Shown here piece by piece: positions 32,926 through 34,089 of a DNA stretch of 34,089 nt. Below the pieces are notes generated by a model. That model made no database searches. It was not told where the DNA came from and saw only the letters and a list, made by a program, of their open reading frames with translations. A program made the translations under genes and the position numbers. The DNA comes from an uncultured archaeon (GTDB lineage Archaea > Aenigmatarchaeota > Aenigmatarchaeia > Aenigmatarchaeales > Aenigmatarchaeaceae), in contig CAZZIA010000001.1 of NCBI GenBank assembly GCA_964654075.1, positions 1-34,089 of the forward strand, read 5' to 3'. How positions within the stretch are numbered: the first letter of the stretch is position 1; the number at the start of each line of letters is the position of its first letter.

Positions 32926-34089
32926 TGGTTGCAATAGAGATTGAAAAATCAGACCTGTTAAACCTAATTGGAAAGAAACTAACAGATGAACAAATAAAAG
33001 AAGCTTTATTTTTGCTAAAGTGTGAAAGCAGTATTTCTGACAATGTGATTAACTATGAGTTAAATCCTGATAGGCCTGATATGTTTTGTGTTGAAGGACT
33101 GGCTATGGCGATAAAGGGCTTTTTGGGAATTGAAACCGGTGCACCAAAATATGTCATCAGCGAATCAAAGATTAAGATAAAAAAGGATAACGCAAAAGTG
33201 AGGCCTTTTATTGCTGGAGCTGTTATAAAAAATGTAAAACTAAGCGATCAGCTTGTCCGTAGCCTGATGCAAATTCAAGAAAAATTGCATGCAACAATTG
33301 GGAGAGATAGAAGAAAGGTTGCAATTGGCGTGCATGATTTAAAAAATATCAAGCCGCCGTTTATCTATAAAGATGTTGAACCGGAGAAAATCAGCTTCAT
33401 CCCTCTTGATGAAACAAGGGAGATGAACTTAAATGAAATTTTAAAATACCACCCGAAAGGAAAAGATTTTGCTCATTTGCTTAAAGGTTTGGAAAAATAT
33501 CCGATAATTATTGATAGCAAAAAACAAGTTTTAAGCTTTCCGCCAATAATAAACGGCGAACTAACAAAGGTTACAAAAAAAACAAAAAATATATTTATTG
33601 ATGTCACCGGAACAGATGAACTGGCCGTTAACCAAGCTTTAAATGTCCTGGTTTGCACCATTGTTGAAAGGTCTGGAAAAATAGCAAGTGTAAAGATTGA
33701 TAATAAGTTATGCCCAAATCTTGAACCTCGACAAATGAAATTAGACGTCGAACAAATAGATAGGTTGCTAGGGCTTGGACTAAAAGAAAGGGAAATTTCA
33801 AAAATACTTGAAAGAATGCGTTATTCTGTGTTAAAGCTAAAGGGAGGAAAGATTGATATTTTAATCCCGCCTTTTAGGACTGATATCTTACATGCAGTTG
33901 ATATAATAGAGGATGTTGTAATTGGCTACGGATATAACAATATAATTCCTGTCCTACCAAAAATAGCAACAATTGGTACTATTTCTGAAAAGGAAAGGTT
34001 TTGCTCTAAGCTGAGAGAAGTGGCTATTGGCCTGGGCTTTCAGGAAGTAATCAGCTTTGTGCTAACTAATAAAGAAAACCAATTTAACA
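32925..34089 (+). CDS. pheT: phenylalanine--tRNA ligase beta subunit (5' part; continues beyond the window)
   Basis: The GTG start overlaps the pheS stop (taGTG). Hand translation stays open to the window end: VVAIEIEKSDLLNLIGKKLTDEQ..., NPDRPDMFCVEGLAMAIKGFLGIETG, IGVHDLKNIKPPFIY, RTDILHAVDIIEDVVIGYGYNNI. Confidence 0.9.
   Translation, partial: MVAIEIEKSDLLNLIGKKLTDEQIKEALFLLKCESSISDNVINYELNPDRPDMFCVEGLAMAIKGFLGIETGAPKYVISESKIKIKKDNAKVRPFIAGAVIKNVKLSDQLVRSLMQIQEKLHATIGRDRRKVAIGVHDLKNIKPPFIYKDVEPEKISFIPLDETREMNLNEILKYHPKGKDFAHLLKGLEKYPIIIDSKKQVLSFPPIINGELTKVTKKTKNIFIDVTGTDELAVNQALNVLVCTIVERSGKIASVKIDNKLCPNLEPRQMKLDVEQIDRLLGLGLKEREISKILERMRYSVLKLKGGKIDILIPPFRTDILHAVDIIEDVVIGYGYNNIIPVLPKIATIGTISEKERFCSKLREVAIGLGFQEVISFVLTNKENQFN

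Noticed and set aside
1-34089. CRISPR arrays, rRNA genes, and integrase or transposase genes.
   Set aside because: I saw no regularly spaced direct repeats, no rRNA-like conserved segments, and no integrase/transposase motifs in any long ORF. The mobile-looking elements here are the intein and the LAGLIDADG-type genes only.

Overview
This is a visibly AT-rich, tightly packed archaeal chromosome segment. There are many 1-4 nt gene overlaps, GTG/TTG starts, and GAGGTG/GTGAT Shine-Dalgarno motifs. It probably comes from a small-genome (DPANN-like) archaeon. Most genes are housekeeping: pelota, thermosome, aIF-1A, NMD3-like, KH protein, Topo VI B and A, GlyRS, TrpRS, PheRS alpha and beta, EndA, archaemetzincin, 3-methyladenine glycosylase, rhomboid, two ACT proteins and an HD hydrolase. 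A ~7.6 kb archaeal type IV pilus locus lies at 11.2-18.9 kb, with five class-III-signal prepilins, a FlaI/PilB-type ATPase and a split FlaJ/TadC platform. There are no rRNA genes and no CRISPR array. The most striking feature is that all five tRNA genes (Ala-GGC, Val-UAC, Ile-UAU, Asn-GUU, Phe-GAA) are interrupted by multiple short bulge-helix-bulge introns. I hand-parsed 13 introns at 11 different positions, only 2 of them at the canonical 37/38 site. tRNA-Ile alone carries four. The window also encodes an alpha4-sized EndA that appears to lack the catalytic lysine and has a Lys-rich insertion next to the active site. Other points of note: (1) a 428-aa LAGLIDADG intein inserted inside the HExxH motif of a small predicted metallopeptidase, whose CDS also runs into tRNA-Ala; (2) two paralogous free-standing LAGLIDADG genes abutting tRNA 3' ends, one flanked by a 13-nt direct repeat of the tRNA-Asn 3' end and lacking its own start codon outside the tRNA; (3) a duplicated tRNA-GNAT module, one copy a pseudogene with a frameshift and a TGG->TGA change; (4) a 4xCBS protein fused to a bacterial-type HPF/RaiA-like domain; (5) an ~80-aa insertion in the Top6B ATPase domain. 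All calls come from reading the sequence and recalling family motifs. No searches were run.
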